Assembly (NCBI GenBank): GCA_007135605.1
Contig: SLIN01000075.1
Coordinates: 1-60,909, forward strand
Direction of reading: 5' to 3'
Source: Spirochaetales bacterium
Lineage (GTDB): Bacteria; Spirochaetota; Spirochaetia; DSM-27196; SKKC01
DNA: 60,909 nt
This document shows positions 1-9,402 of this stretch, piece by piece (the stretch's first letter is position 1; the number at the start of each line of letters is the position of its first letter). Under the pieces are notes generated by a model, which had not been told where the DNA came from, did no database searches, and worked only from the letters and a program-made list of their open reading frames with translations. The position numbers and the translations under genes are program-made.

Positions 1-83
1 CCGCCTGCTCTCTCCGGCAGCAGTGTCGGTCCGCCTCCGAGTCGTCTTTCCTTCCCTTCTCTATTCGCTGTGAAAGATCATCC

Positions 84-117
84 CCCGCCTCCGAAGGCGG
101 GACTCGTGTGATATCAC
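84..117. terminator. GC-rich hairpin (CCCGCCT-ccga-AGGCGGG, 84..101) followed by the perfect 10-bp palindrome GTGATATCAC (108..117). Possible bidirectional terminator and/or operator, downstream of the minus-strand operon that ends at 385.
   Basis: Read directly from the sequence: 7-bp perfect stem with a 4-nt loop, then a self-complementary decamer. No clear U-tract. Confidence 0.3.
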
Positions 118-384
118 GAACCGACACACAACGTCAAGATATCCACACCATTCGCTCACCAAATTGTCAGCGTGGTGCTGCGGTAGAAGCCGCACATGAC
201 TGTCGGATGATTGATCGCGCCGGCGGGCAACGCCAGCGTGTTCATAAACGTAATCGATTCCGCCGTAGCGTGTCAATACGGTAAACGCCGAAACAGGTCG
301 ACGCCGAACGTGGACAACCCTGTGACCACCGACTCGCATACTACCGACTCCTCCAACGCCACCGGCTCGGCAACAGCGAAAGCT

Positions 385-1647
385 TCAGAACGAATAGGTG
401 AATCCGGTCGTCAGCGTCGCGGCACCCGGCCGCTTCCAGCTGAAGACCGCCGCGTCGTCTCCGGTCTGCACTCCGGCGAAGGCGACCATATTGAACCCAC
501 CGAAGACGTTCCAGTTCATACCCGCGCTCGTCAGTGCGGATCGGTCTATCGGCGAAACTACCGATCGAAGCACCAGCGAGACCGTGCGACTCGGCGTGAG
601 AATCAGCTCCGGATAGAACGTGAGTCCGTAGTCAGCGTGCGGATTGGACTGATCTTCCCATTCGGCACCCGGACGAATGAGCGCCTCGAGCCGTGCATCG
701 AGGGTCGTATCGTAGCCCAGGCGAAAATGGTTGTAGCCGCCGACGCTGAAGGTTGTGCGTTCCCAGGCATTATCCGGATCGATCGCTCCGTCGAGCGATA
801 TCCGACCGGCGCCGTATACATCAACTCCGATAAGCCCCGAAACGCTCAACACCGCTTCGTGCCGCTCGGTCGGTCCGTCATAGAGATAGCCGGGCTCGAA
901 GGTGAACCGCCCCGCCTCGAAGCTCAATCGTCCGCCGGCACGAGTACGGTCGATTCCCGGAACCGCTGTCTCGGCGACGATCGCTCCGGCGGCTTCGTCG
1001 TCGTCCACGCCTTCAACGGACTCCGCTCCGCCGGCCGCCGCGGCAAACTCCAGCCCCGGCAGCGGCGGCAGCACTATCGGCTCGAAATACGCGAAATCGC
1101 CGAGCGGGAAGTAGATTGCGGTAAGCCACGTTGTCTCGTCGCGAAGATCGTCGGAAATCTCCAGAAAGTCGGCGGCACCGGTCCCGTCGGCGCCGAATAT
1201 AACGTCGGCGGCGTTAAAAAGCCGACCCGAGCCCCACGAGACGCGATCGCGTCCGGCGGTGACGCGCACGGTATACCCTTCGGTCACCGGGAAACGGAAC
1301 CGGATGGATGCTCGCGGCACTGAAAGGACCGACGCCGACAACGACCTGCCGGTCAAGGGGTCGAGAATCGAACCGAGTATCGCCTTCAGCGTGAGTCTCG
1401 CCTGTACGTTGCGATCGCGGTCCGAGCGCAGGTCGATGACGCCGGAGCCGTAACCGACCAAACCGAGCTCCTCCTCGGCGCCGTCCCACGCAAGCGTATT
1501 CAGCGCATCGATCTCGCCACCGACACGAGCCTGCGCAGCGAGCGGCGCAACGCCGAGACAAAGCCATACCGCCGCGATGAATACAATCGCCGGCAGACGG
1601 GCCGCCGGGCCGCCGGAAGTCACATCGCTTCGATCGACGCCTACCAT
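385..1647 (-). CDS. Putative outer-membrane beta-barrel protein (signal peptide, AQA cleavage motif, C-terminal ...GFTYSF).
   Basis: 420-aa ORF with an N-terminal hydrophobic signal and alternating hydrophobic residues. The terminal aromatic residue is typical of OMP beta-signals. Overlaps the upstream LolA-like gene by 7 nt, so it is the last gene of that operon. ATG confirmed ('cat' at 1645..1647). Confidence 0.6.
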   Translation of the reverse strand: MVGVDRSDVTSGGPAARLPAIVFIAAVWLCLGVAPLAAQARVGGEIDALNTLAWDGAEEELGLVGYGSGVIDLRSDRDRNVQARLTLKAILGSILDPLTGRSLSASVLSVPRASIRFRFPVTEGYTVRVTAGRDRVSWGSGRLFNAADVIFGADGTGAADFLEISDDLRDETTWLTAIYFPLGDFAYFEPIVLPPLPGLEFAAAAGGAESVEGVDDDEAAGAIVAETAVPGIDRTRAGGRLSFEAGRFTFEPGYLYDGPTERHEAVLSVSGLIGVDVYGAGRISLDGAIDPDNAWERTTFSVGGYNHFRLGYDTTLDARLEALIRPGAEWEDQSNPHADYGLTFYPELILTPSRTVSLVLRSVVSPIDRSALTSAGMNWNVFGGFNMVAFAGVQTGDDAAVFSWKRPGAATLTTGFTYSF

Positions 1648-2405
1648 GTCAGCTCCTCCAGCGAGAATATATTCGCCGGCAGCGACACGCCGATTTGCAC
1701 ATCGTCGATAATCATCTCGGTGCCGCTGGAACCGCGCGTCACATCGATGACCTCGATATGCGTCGGGAAGATGTAGCCGTCCTGCTCGGTCGTCTCCAGA
1801 ATGAGCGTCTCCTTCAGCAGCCGTCCTCCCCGCGCAAACTGTTCGCTCTTTCGCACCACAAACTCCTCGCGGTCCACATAATAGACCTGCTCCGGATACG
1901 CCACATTCGTGCCGCGCGCTTCGAGTCTGATCTTGTACGTCGGTCTGCCGTTGACCTCCTCCTCTCCAATGAGAGTTGCGCGGTAGTCGTCGATAATGCC
2001 GCGACCACCGGTCATGTCCTCGTAGGAGATGTCGGAGCCGAGCAGCGAATCGCGAAGCGCAGAGCCCTGCAACCGGATCACCTCGCGTGCGTCCGGATAG
2101 TAGAGGTAGAGATTGTCGTCGCGTCTAAGGATTCGCTGGCCTTCCTCATCCCGCGAGGTGAATTCCACGAGAAAACGATCGGCGCCTTCCGTGTGCGCGA
2201 TGTACGTGCTGACACGCTCGCCGAAGCGGTCGGTGATAATCATCCGCCCCTCCATGATGCTCGTGGAGTGCGTCTGGTTCTCCTCCATCCGCTCGATGAT
2301 CTCCTCGGCGGTCAGTTCCTGTGCCGGGGCCGGAGCAACGAACAGGAGTGCAGCCAGCCCCGCTACCACCGTTGCTACGATTCTTCGTCCCGTTTGGTGT
2401 TTCAT
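1641..2405 (-). CDS. LolA-like 'outer membrane lipoprotein-sorting protein' family (periplasmic, with signal peptide).
   Basis: The translation has the composition and length of PF17131/LolA-like proteins. Start is more likely MKHQ at 2405 than the track's 2420, because GGAGAGG sits 5 nt upstream. Signal-peptide-like n/h regions and an APA cleavage site. Confidence 0.6.
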   Translation of the reverse strand: MKHQTGRRIVATVVAGLAALLFVAPAPAQELTAEEIIERMEENQTHSTSIMEGRMIITDRFGERVSTYIAHTEGADRFLVEFTSRDEEGQRILRRDDNLYLYYPDAREVIRLQGSALRDSLLGSDISYEDMTGGRGIIDDYRATLIGEEEVNGRPTYKIRLEARGTNVAYPEQVYYVDREEFVVRKSEQFARGGRLLKETLILETTEQDGYIFPTHIEVIDVTRGSSGTEMIIDDVQIGVSLPANIFSLEELTW

Positions 2406-2517
2406 TTCGGTCCTCTCCATAATTTTTTAAGGTTGATGTTTCCTGCCGCGATCGACTCGGACAACCGTTTATCGTCGCCGCTCTCGCCTTCGTGGTGTGC
2501 CGGCCGCCGCTTCCCTT

Positions 2518-3744
2518 TTACTCCCGCAGCGCCTCCACCGGTTTCAGTTTTGCAGCGCGCCGCGCCGGAAAGACCGAGGCGATCATGGCGACCGCCGACG
2601 AGTAGACGAACACCACGAGCGTCGATCGAAGGTTGAGCACCGGATAGAGCACCGAGGAGATGTCCATGTTCGCCATTTCCATCGCCACCCCGAAATCGAT
2701 CCCGATCTGCTGCAGCGGAATCGTGACACCGATTCCGAGCAGTACGCCGGCCAGCGACCCGGCCACTCCGATATATGCCGCCTCGGCGAAAAAGAGGCGC
2801 ACCAGCTCGTCTCCGTGCATACCCATCGCGCCGAGCGTACCGATCTCGCGGGTGCGCTCGTGAATCGTCATCATCGTCGTGTTGATGACGACGGTGCTTC
2901 CGAGAATGAAGAACACCAACGCCATGATGTTGTACACGACATCGGCCATCTGGAGGTACGCCCATCCGCCGCTGACCTCGGTCCACGGCGTTACGCTCAG
3001 CCCCTCGGCGCCGCTCTCACGAACCGCGTCGCGAACGTCGGAGGTCAGCGCTTCGAAGTCGCCGTTGTCGCTTTTGACGAAGATCTCGCTCACCCCGTCG
3101 CCCATCCGCAGGTAGCGCGCGGCCGACTCCAGTGGAAGGATAAACGCAGTTCGGTTCATGCCGGCCATCGGAAAGTCGGCGAAACCGACCACGTCGACGG
3201 TAAACGCGTTCGAAGTTCTCAGCCTCGTCTGCGTGAGAAAGGTCGCCTGGCCACCTAATTCGACGCCGAGGTCCCGGGCGAGCGCATGCCCGAGTATCGC
3301 CTCGCTCGTACCCGGCTCGGGCAGACGCCCGGACGCTACGATATCCTCGAGGTCCTGGTAGCCGCGTTCGAGCTCCAGATCGACTCCTATCCCTCGGGCA
3401 GCGATCTGACGATCGTCGCGAAACGCCGCCGCCGGGACATTGATGCGTGGACTCACCCGCCAAACATGCGGCTGTCCCTGTAACCGCTCGACGATACCGG
3501 CGTAGTCGGGCACGACGTACTGCACCGGATTAAGATGCTCGTACCGGTCGAACTCGGCGTGGCGCAGACGCACCTCCCCGGTCTCGTAGTTCCAGGAGTT
3601 GTGCCGGACATCGACCTTGATCCCTTCGAGTACCGAGAAGAGCATCGTAATAGAGAACGCGGCGACCGCAATGGCGATTATCGAGAGCAGGCTGCGCCTG
3701 CCGTTCCGGAATACATTTCTGAACGCAATGGTTGATATTTTCAT
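2518..3744 (-). CDS. ABC transporter permease, FtsX/MacB/LolE-like (N-terminal TM, large periplasmic domain, C-terminal 3-TM FtsX core).
   Basis: 408-aa ORF with MKISTIAFRNVFRNGRRS... N-terminus typical of LolC/E and MacB permeases. ATG confirmed. Confidence 0.8.
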   Translation of the reverse strand: MKISTIAFRNVFRNGRRSLLSIIAIAVAAFSITMLFSVLEGIKVDVRHNSWNYETGEVRLRHAEFDRYEHLNPVQYVVPDYAGIVERLQGQPHVWRVSPRINVPAAAFRDDRQIAARGIGVDLELERGYQDLEDIVASGRLPEPGTSEAILGHALARDLGVELGGQATFLTQTRLRTSNAFTVDVVGFADFPMAGMNRTAFILPLESAARYLRMGDGVSEIFVKSDNGDFEALTSDVRDAVRESGAEGLSVTPWTEVSGGWAYLQMADVVYNIMALVFFILGSTVVINTTMMTIHERTREIGTLGAMGMHGDELVRLFFAEAAYIGVAGSLAGVLLGIGVTIPLQQIGIDFGVAMEMANMDISSVLYPVLNLRSTLVVFVYSSAVAMIASVFPARRAAKLKPVEALRE

Positions 3745-3754
3745 CGCACGCTCC

Positions 3755-5038
3755 TCACGAATGGCGCAGCGAATCGGTGATCCGGCGGCGAAGCATTCGC
3801 CGGGTCGGCACGAGCGCTACGACGCCGGCGATCAATACTGCGAAGACCGCAGCTGCGATCATCGAAGTGAAATGCCACACGCCGTACAGCACTCCGTCGA
3901 AACGGAAATCCATCTCGATCTCCATGAGCACTCCGTAGTCGATTCCTACGGCAACCGCGTGCCACACGAGCAGGGCCCCGAGAATCAACCCGACGATCGC
4001 GCCGATGAGGCCAATGCCGGCGGCTTCGAACGTGAACATCCAGCGGATCTCCCCGTCTCGCACGCCGAGCGCGCGCATCATACCGATTTCGTTTTCCCGC
4101 TCGAGCACCGACATGAGCATCGTGTTGGAGATGCCGACCACCGCGATAATACCGAGCAAGATCAGGATAATGGCGGTCCCGGCGTTCTCCATCTCCATCA
4201 CCTCGGCAAAATCCTCGTTCAGCCGGTAGAAACCGAGCACCTCGATGCCGTCGAACTCCGAGAGCAACTCCCGCACCGGCCCCGGATCGGCGTCCGCCGG
4301 AAGCATCCCGGGCAACGACAGGTAAACTGCGGTAACCGCTCCGCGCATTTCGAGGTACTCGTCGGCGACCGCGATCGGCAGGTACGCCTTATGGCGATTG
4401 ATAAACGGGTTCGAAGTGTTGAAGATGCCGACGATCTCCAGGTCCATAATCTGATAGAAGCCGTCGCGGGTTCGCGTGGTCACGGTAACCGGATAGCCGA
4501 CCTCCGCGCCGAGTTGATCTGCGAGCCATCGCCCGATAATCACCTCTTCGTTGCCGGGCTCGAGAAATCTCCCCGCCTCGATCGCCTCGGACAGTGCGAA
4601 GACCCTCGAGTCGCGCTCTATATCGATTCCGTAGAAGGCGCGCTGCAGCGACCCGTCCTCCGGAAACGGGTCATAGCGGACGATCAGATCGCCGCGAAAC
4701 GCGATACGTGGCGCAGCCGCGATTTCCTCTGCCTCGAGCAGCGAAAGAATCGCCTCCGGGTCTTCGACAGGCATGTCGAGCGGAAAGGTATCGCGCTCGT
4801 CCCAGTAGCCGGACCCCATGATCGCTGCATCGCCGGTTTCGTAACGCGACATATTCCGGTCGTTCTCCGCCTCGAAACCCTGGAGAATCGAGAACATCCA
4901 GATAAAGACCGCCACACCGACCGCGATTGCCCCGGCGGTGATCACCGTGCGCCGGCGGTGCCGCGCGAGATTCTTCATTGCCAGGGCGAGGAAGAATCCG
5001 CCGCGCGTGCGTCCGTTCCGATACGGTCGGGCACTCAT
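3755..5038 (-). CDS. ABC transporter permease, FtsX/MacB/LolC-like.
   Basis: 427-aa ORF. N-terminus aligns with LolC (..AMKNLARHRRRTVITAGAIAVGV..) and the C-terminus has an FtsX domain. Lies 1 nt downstream of the ATPase gene. Confidence 0.8.
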   Translation of the reverse strand: MSARPYRNGRTRGGFFLALAMKNLARHRRRTVITAGAIAVGVAVFIWMFSILQGFEAENDRNMSRYETGDAAIMGSGYWDERDTFPLDMPVEDPEAILSLLEAEEIAAAPRIAFRGDLIVRYDPFPEDGSLQRAFYGIDIERDSRVFALSEAIEAGRFLEPGNEEVIIGRWLADQLGAEVGYPVTVTTRTRDGFYQIMDLEIVGIFNTSNPFINRHKAYLPIAVADEYLEMRGAVTAVYLSLPGMLPADADPGPVRELLSEFDGIEVLGFYRLNEDFAEVMEMENAGTAIILILLGIIAVVGISNTMLMSVLERENEIGMMRALGVRDGEIRWMFTFEAAGIGLIGAIVGLILGALLVWHAVAVGIDYGVLMEIEMDFRFDGVLYGVWHFTSMIAAAVFAVLIAGVVALVPTRRMLRRRITDSLRHS

Positions 5039-5039
5039 A

Positions 5040-5723
5040 CTATGCGCTCCTTCGCTCGTCGCTTTCGATCAGTCCGTCGTGCAGCCGGCAGAGCCGGTCG
5101 CCGTAGTCCATGACCATCTGGTCGTGGGTCGAGAAGATGAAGGTCGTTCCGCGATGCCGGTTAATATCTTTCATGAGCTTGAGGATCGCCTCGCCGGTCG
5201 TCGAATCGAGATTCGCCGTCGGCTCGTCGGCGAGCACGATGAGTGGATCCTTGATCAGCGCCCGCGCGACCGCGACGCGCTGCTGCTGGCCTCCGGACAG
5301 CCGCGACGGGCGGCGGTGTTCCATTCCTTCCAGGCCGACCTCGGCGAGCAGCGCCATTGTGCGCTCGCGATTTTCCGCGTCCGATACGCCGAGCAGCGAC
5401 AGCGCCATGGACACGTTCTCGTACGCGGTGAGAACAGGAATGAGATTAAAGCTCTGGAAGACGAAACCGATTTTCGCCCGGCGGATCTCGGTCAGCTCCT
5501 TCTTGCTCTTGCCGCCGACCCGGTCGCCGTCGATATCGACGTCGCCGCTGTCGGCGTTGTCGATGCAGCCGATGATATTCAGCAATGTGGTCTTGCCCGA
5601 ACCCGAAGGACCCGCGATCGACAGGAACTCACCACCTTCGATCTTCAGCGACACACCCCGCAGCGCGCGCACGTGAGTCTCACCATCTATGTATTCCTTA
5701 TGGACTTCGTTTACCGCTATCAT
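5040..5723 (-). CDS. ABC transporter ATP-binding protein (LolD/MacB-NBD-like).
   Basis: Walker A GPSGSGKTT, signature LSGGQQQRVAVARAL and Walker B LIVLADEPT. 4-nt ATGA overlap with the upstream SPFH gene. Confidence 0.9.
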   Translation of the reverse strand: MIAVNEVHKEYIDGETHVRALRGVSLKIEGGEFLSIAGPSGSGKTTLLNIIGCIDNADSGDVDIDGDRVGGKSKKELTEIRRAKIGFVFQSFNLIPVLTAYENVSMALSLLGVSDAENRERTMALLAEVGLEGMEHRRPSRLSGGQQQRVAVARALIKDPLIVLADEPTANLDSTTGEAILKLMKDINRHRGTTFIFSTHDQMVMDYGDRLCRLHDGLIESDERRSA

Positions 5724-6925
5724 TTCCGTTCTCCTTCAACGCCGGAGGCCCCGCCCTCGGGCTCTGCCGCCGGATCCTCCGAATCGTGATACGGCCGTTC
5801 GCCGGCCGTTTCGGCGCCGCGCCGCAGCGCCGCCGCCCCGAGCGCGGTTCCGAGATTCATCGAGTCGAGCGCCGAGCTCGGTATTAACATCATGTTCTCG
5901 TTCTGCTTCATGCCGTCGTAGACCATATTCATGGCGCGAAGCTGAAACGCCGTCGGGTTCTGCTCGTAGCGGTGTCCCGCCTCTTCGAACTTCTCCGCGA
6001 TTTCCACTTCCGCCGAGCTGAGGATGACCCTCGACTGACGCTCGCGCTCGGCCTGTGCCTTGCGGCTCAACGCATCCTCGAGCTCCTTCGGCAACAACAC
6101 CTCCTTGAACTCAATTGAAAGGATGGTGATGCCCCACGGGCTGGTCTTCCGGTCGAGTATCTCCTGGATTTCCGAGCCGAGCCGCTCCCGTTCGCTGAGA
6201 AGTTTCGAAAGGTCGTTTCGACCGATATTGTCGCGCAGCGCCGCCTGGGCCGAGAGTGTTACCGCATCGCGATACTTCTCCACCTCCAGAATCGCCTTCT
6301 CGGCATCCCACACCATCCAGAAGGCGAGCGCGTCGACATGCACCGGTACGGTGTCGCGCGTGACCGAGCGCTCGGCGGAAAAGTCGGTAACGCGTATCCG
6401 CATATCGACGTGTGCGACGATGGTGTCGAGCACCGGCAGCAGCAGGTGCGGGCCGGGCTCGAGCGTTCGATAGAAACGACCGAGGCGGAAGACCAGCGCG
6501 CGTTCCCACTGCTGCACGATCTGAATGGTCGGCGCGATGAGCAATCCCGCGCTGACAATCGCAAGCGCGGGCGCCATAACGCCGTCACCGATCGGTCCGA
6601 CCGCCGCCCATACCGCCACGATCACCGCGAGCACGATCGGCCACAGCGGCAATATCGCGATAACGATTGCCCCGCCGACCACCGCTGCGCCGAGCGCGCC
6701 GACCGCCTCCACCGGCGGTACGCCGTCGATAAGCACCTGAACCACGGCTCCCACCGCCAGAAACACGACGAGTGTAAGTGCCGACAGCGTGGTCATCGCG
6801 AAGTGAGTCGGACGCGTGAACGACGGAATCTGTCGCGCACCGCGGTTGGACTCGGCGCGATTCGACGTGTTGCGATCGGGTTCGGTGCGGGCGGACTCGC
6901 TATGTTTCGACCCGAAGAGCTTCAT
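5720..6925 (-). CDS. SPFH/band-7 (stomatin/HflC-like) membrane protein with a multi-TM N-terminal extension and an acidic C-terminal tail.
   Basis: The SPFH core (..ERALVFRLGRFYRTLEPGPHLLLPVLDTIV..) is recognisable. Start ATG 6923..6925 overlaps the GntR stop (ATGA). A GGAGGG RBS lies inside the GntR C-terminal codons. Confidence 0.8.
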   Translation of the reverse strand: MKLFGSKHSESARTEPDRNTSNRAESNRGARQIPSFTRPTHFAMTTLSALTLVVFLAVGAVVQVLIDGVPPVEAVGALGAAVVGGAIVIAILPLWPIVLAVIVAVWAAVGPIGDGVMAPALAIVSAGLLIAPTIQIVQQWERALVFRLGRFYRTLEPGPHLLLPVLDTIVAHVDMRIRVTDFSAERSVTRDTVPVHVDALAFWMVWDAEKAILEVEKYRDAVTLSAQAALRDNIGRNDLSKLLSERERLGSEIQEILDRKTSPWGITILSIEFKEVLLPKELEDALSRKAQAERERQSRVILSSAEVEIAEKFEEAGHRYEQNPTAFQLRAMNMVYDGMKQNENMMLIPSSALDSMNLGTALGAAALRRGAETAGERPYHDSEDPAAEPEGGASGVEGERK

Positions 6926-7347
6926 TTTTCTCCCTCCTCATGGTAGGCGATGAGATAATCGACGAGATCCTGCACGGTGAAACCGTAGGAGGCCGCCTGG
7001 CTCACGAAGCCCCGCACCAGCTGCGACAGAATCTGCTCGCGGTCGGCATCCGAGAGCGCAATCTCCTTGTCGCTTATAAAGGTGCCGGTTCCGTGCTGGG
7101 TGCTGACCAGTCCGCGAATCTCGAGTTCGTTGTAGGCGCGGGCGACCGTATTCGGGTTCACCTGCAGTTCCACCGCGAGTCCGCGGACCGTCGGAAGCTG
7201 GTAACCCGGCTTGAGTCGACCGTCGGCAACCGCCATCTCAATCTGCAGAATGATCTGGCGGTAGTACGGAATTCCGCTGCCGGGATCGAGTACGATCTCT
7301 ATCGAACGCTTGTCTTTCGCCACGTCGACTCCATCCAATTCTTCCAT
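6922..7347 (-). CDS. GntR-family transcriptional regulator, short YtrA-like subfamily (wHTH plus short C-terminal helices).
   Basis: HTH segment IPYYRQIILQIEMAVADGRLKPGYQLPTVRGLAVELQVNPNTVARAYNELEIRGLV resembles YtrA. The annotated ATG has no SD. An internal GTG (Val9) preceded by GGAG may be the true start. Confidence 0.8.
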   Translation of the reverse strand: MEELDGVDVAKDKRSIEIVLDPGSGIPYYRQIILQIEMAVADGRLKPGYQLPTVRGLAVELQVNPNTVARAYNELEIRGLVSTQHGTGTFISDKEIALSDADREQILSQLVRGFVSQAASYGFTVQDLVDYLIAYHEEGEK

Positions 7348-7392
7348 TGGTGTATCATATCACTAATACACTGGTATAGTGATACACATTGA
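7348..7392. promoter_or_regulatory. Nested palindromes immediately upstream of the GntR gene: GTGTAT-N10-ATACAC, and GTGTATCA...TGATACAC with TATCA direct repeats. Candidate autoregulatory operator.
   Basis: Read directly: tggtgtatcatatcactaatacactggtatagtgatacacattg. Built on a GTGATA/TATCAC core. The site lies next to the regulator's own start. Confidence 0.4.
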
Positions 7393-7539
7393 CCGACATG
7401 TCAACAGAAAAGTGACCGGATATGCAACGAATTCGGCAAAGGTGTGGATATACGAGCGTAACGTGCGCCGGCCTTACCGGTAGCGCGTTATGCGCTTCGC
7501 TGTATACGGGCCCCGTCGATCCGGGGCCCGTAGGTGGGT

Positions 7540-8397
7540 CTACTTGTCGGCCTCGGTCAGGCCTTTCACGAAGCTCTTCTGCATACCGAGCACGAGCAAC
7601 ATGGTCGGGATCATCGAGAGGATGGTTATCGCCATGATGATGTGCCAGTCTGCTTGCGCATCTCCGGCGTTCAGCATTCGTCCGAGACCGATCATGACGG
7701 TATAGAAGCGTCGCTCGGTTGTGATCAGCAGAGGCCACAGATACTGGTTCCAGCCGTACACGAACTGGATGACGACCAGTGCCGCGATCGGCGTGCGCGA
7801 CATGGGGACGAGTATGTAGCTGAAGAAGCGCATCGGCCCCGCGCCGTCGATCTTCGCCGCCTCGACGAGCTGGTCGGGTATCGTCATGAAGTACTGCTTG
7901 AAGAGAAAGGTCGCCGTCGCCGACACCGCAAGGGGCAGTATGAGACCCACGTAGCTGTTGAGCATGCCGAGACTGGAAACCAGCCCGTATGTCGGCACGA
8001 TCCGGACTTCCACCGGCAGCATGAGAGTCATGAAGATTAACCAGAATAGAATACTGCGCCCGGGGAAGCGGAAGAACACGATGGCGAAGGTCGAAAGCAG
8101 CGACACGACGATCTTCGCTACGGTTATGCCGCCGGCCATGATAAAGCTGTTCTGAAGCATTACCCCGGCGCCGATCGCGCGCGCACCGCCGAGGCCGCGC
8201 CCACCGTGGAAGATAGCCTGGTAGTAGTTCTGGATAACCTCGCTTCCGGGAAGAAGCGGCATCGGTCGCTGGAATATCGCCGGGAGCGGAATAGTGGACG
8301 CCACGAACACGAAATAGATCGGAACTATAACGATAAGACAGCCGATGACGAGAAAGAAATGTCGAAAAACTCTGGTCGGTGTTGAATCGAAAATCAT
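7540..8397 (-). CDS. Carbohydrate ABC transporter permease (UgpE/LacG-like, MalG family).
   Basis: 285-aa, 6-TM, with the EAA-like loop (..EAAKIDGAGPMRFFSYILVP..). Confidence 0.85.
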   Translation of the reverse strand: MIFDSTPTRVFRHFFLVIGCLIVIVPIYFVFVASTIPLPAIFQRPMPLLPGSEVIQNYYQAIFHGGRGLGGARAIGAGVMLQNSFIMAGGITVAKIVVSLLSTFAIVFFRFPGRSILFWLIFMTLMLPVEVRIVPTYGLVSSLGMLNSYVGLILPLAVSATATFLFKQYFMTIPDQLVEAAKIDGAGPMRFFSYILVPMSRTPIAALVVIQFVYGWNQYLWPLLITTERRFYTVMIGLGRMLNAGDAQADWHIIMAITILSMIPTMLLVLGMQKSFVKGLTEADK

Positions 8398-8408
8398 CGC
8401 CTTCCTCC

Positions 8409-9296
8409 TCAGTAGTACACTCGGCGTTCCACGTAGCGGAACTGGATGAGAACGAAGACCATGACGAACGCCATGAGAATGACCGACTGAGCCGAGGACC
8501 CACCGTAATCGAGCGATCGGAATCCGTCCCGATATATCCGGTACACCATGGTGGCCGTCGAATTATTCGGCCCGCCTTCGGTGAGCGTATGGATAACCGG
8601 GAAGGTGTAGAAGAATACGTAGATCGTATTCACGATCGCCAGAAAGAAGGTGGTCGGCGAGAGGAGCGGGAACGTAATTCTCCAGAAGCGCGAAACCGGT
8701 CCCGACCCGTCTATCGCCGCGCTTTCGAGCAACGAGTCGGGAATCATCTGCATACCGGCGAGATAGAAAAGAAAGTTGTAGGCGATACGCTGCCATGAGG
8801 AGGCGACCACCACCAGCGTGAACGCCTGCCACGGGATGATCGAATGGTTCCACGTAATGCCCAGTGTCCGAAGGAAGTAGGCGACTACCCCGACCGCCGG
8901 ACTCATGAGGAAGAACCACATGACACCGGCCACCAGCGGCGCGACGGCGTACGGCGAGATGATGATTGTCTGATAGTAGATCGCCTTCTTGCCGACATTA
9001 TTTGCCAGGCTCGCGAAAAAGAGCGCGAGCACCATGGTAAGTACCGCGACCGCCACCGAAAAGCCGAGCGTGGTCCAGATCGACTGAACGTACCGGACGT
9101 CGCTGAGGACGCGTTCGAAGTTTCCGAGACCGATAAAGACCCGGGAAAGCCCGAACGCGTCTTCGCGATAGAACGCCATGAGCAGAGCCTGAACGGCGGG
9201 CACGATAAAGAAAACCGCCGTCAGCGCCACTTCGGGGGCCAAGAGTACGTATGGGAGCCCCTTGTTCTTGAATACGACGCTTTTGCCCGTAACCAT
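8409..9296 (-). CDS. Carbohydrate ABC transporter permease (UgpA/LacF-like, MalF family).
   Basis: 295-aa with ..ESAAIDGSGPVSRFWRITFPLL.. ATG confirmed. Confidence 0.85.
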   Translation of the reverse strand: MVTGKSVVFKNKGLPYVLLAPEVALTAVFFIVPAVQALLMAFYREDAFGLSRVFIGLGNFERVLSDVRYVQSIWTTLGFSVAVAVLTMVLALFFASLANNVGKKAIYYQTIIISPYAVAPLVAGVMWFFLMSPAVGVVAYFLRTLGITWNHSIIPWQAFTLVVVASSWQRIAYNFLFYLAGMQMIPDSLLESAAIDGSGPVSRFWRITFPLLSPTTFFLAIVNTIYVFFYTFPVIHTLTEGGPNNSTATMVYRIYRDGFRSLDYGGSSAQSVILMAFVMVFVLIQFRYVERRVYY

Positions 9297-9402
9297 TGTC
9301 GAGCGACCTCCCGTGCACTACGCCGGCCTCCGCCCGCCGCACAGGCGACGCGACGAAAGCCGGTTTCATGTCTCTGTATGTATAGACTAAGGTGTTTTGC
9401 CG

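Noticed and set aside
61-339. 92-aa minus-strand ORF at the window start
   Set aside because: Arg-rich with no domain. It lies in the presumptive terminator and intergenic region downstream of the operon. Likely spurious.
3599-5113. 504-aa ORF on the plus strand
   Set aside because: Antisense to the FtsX permease and ABC ATPase genes. No domain. Shadow ORF.
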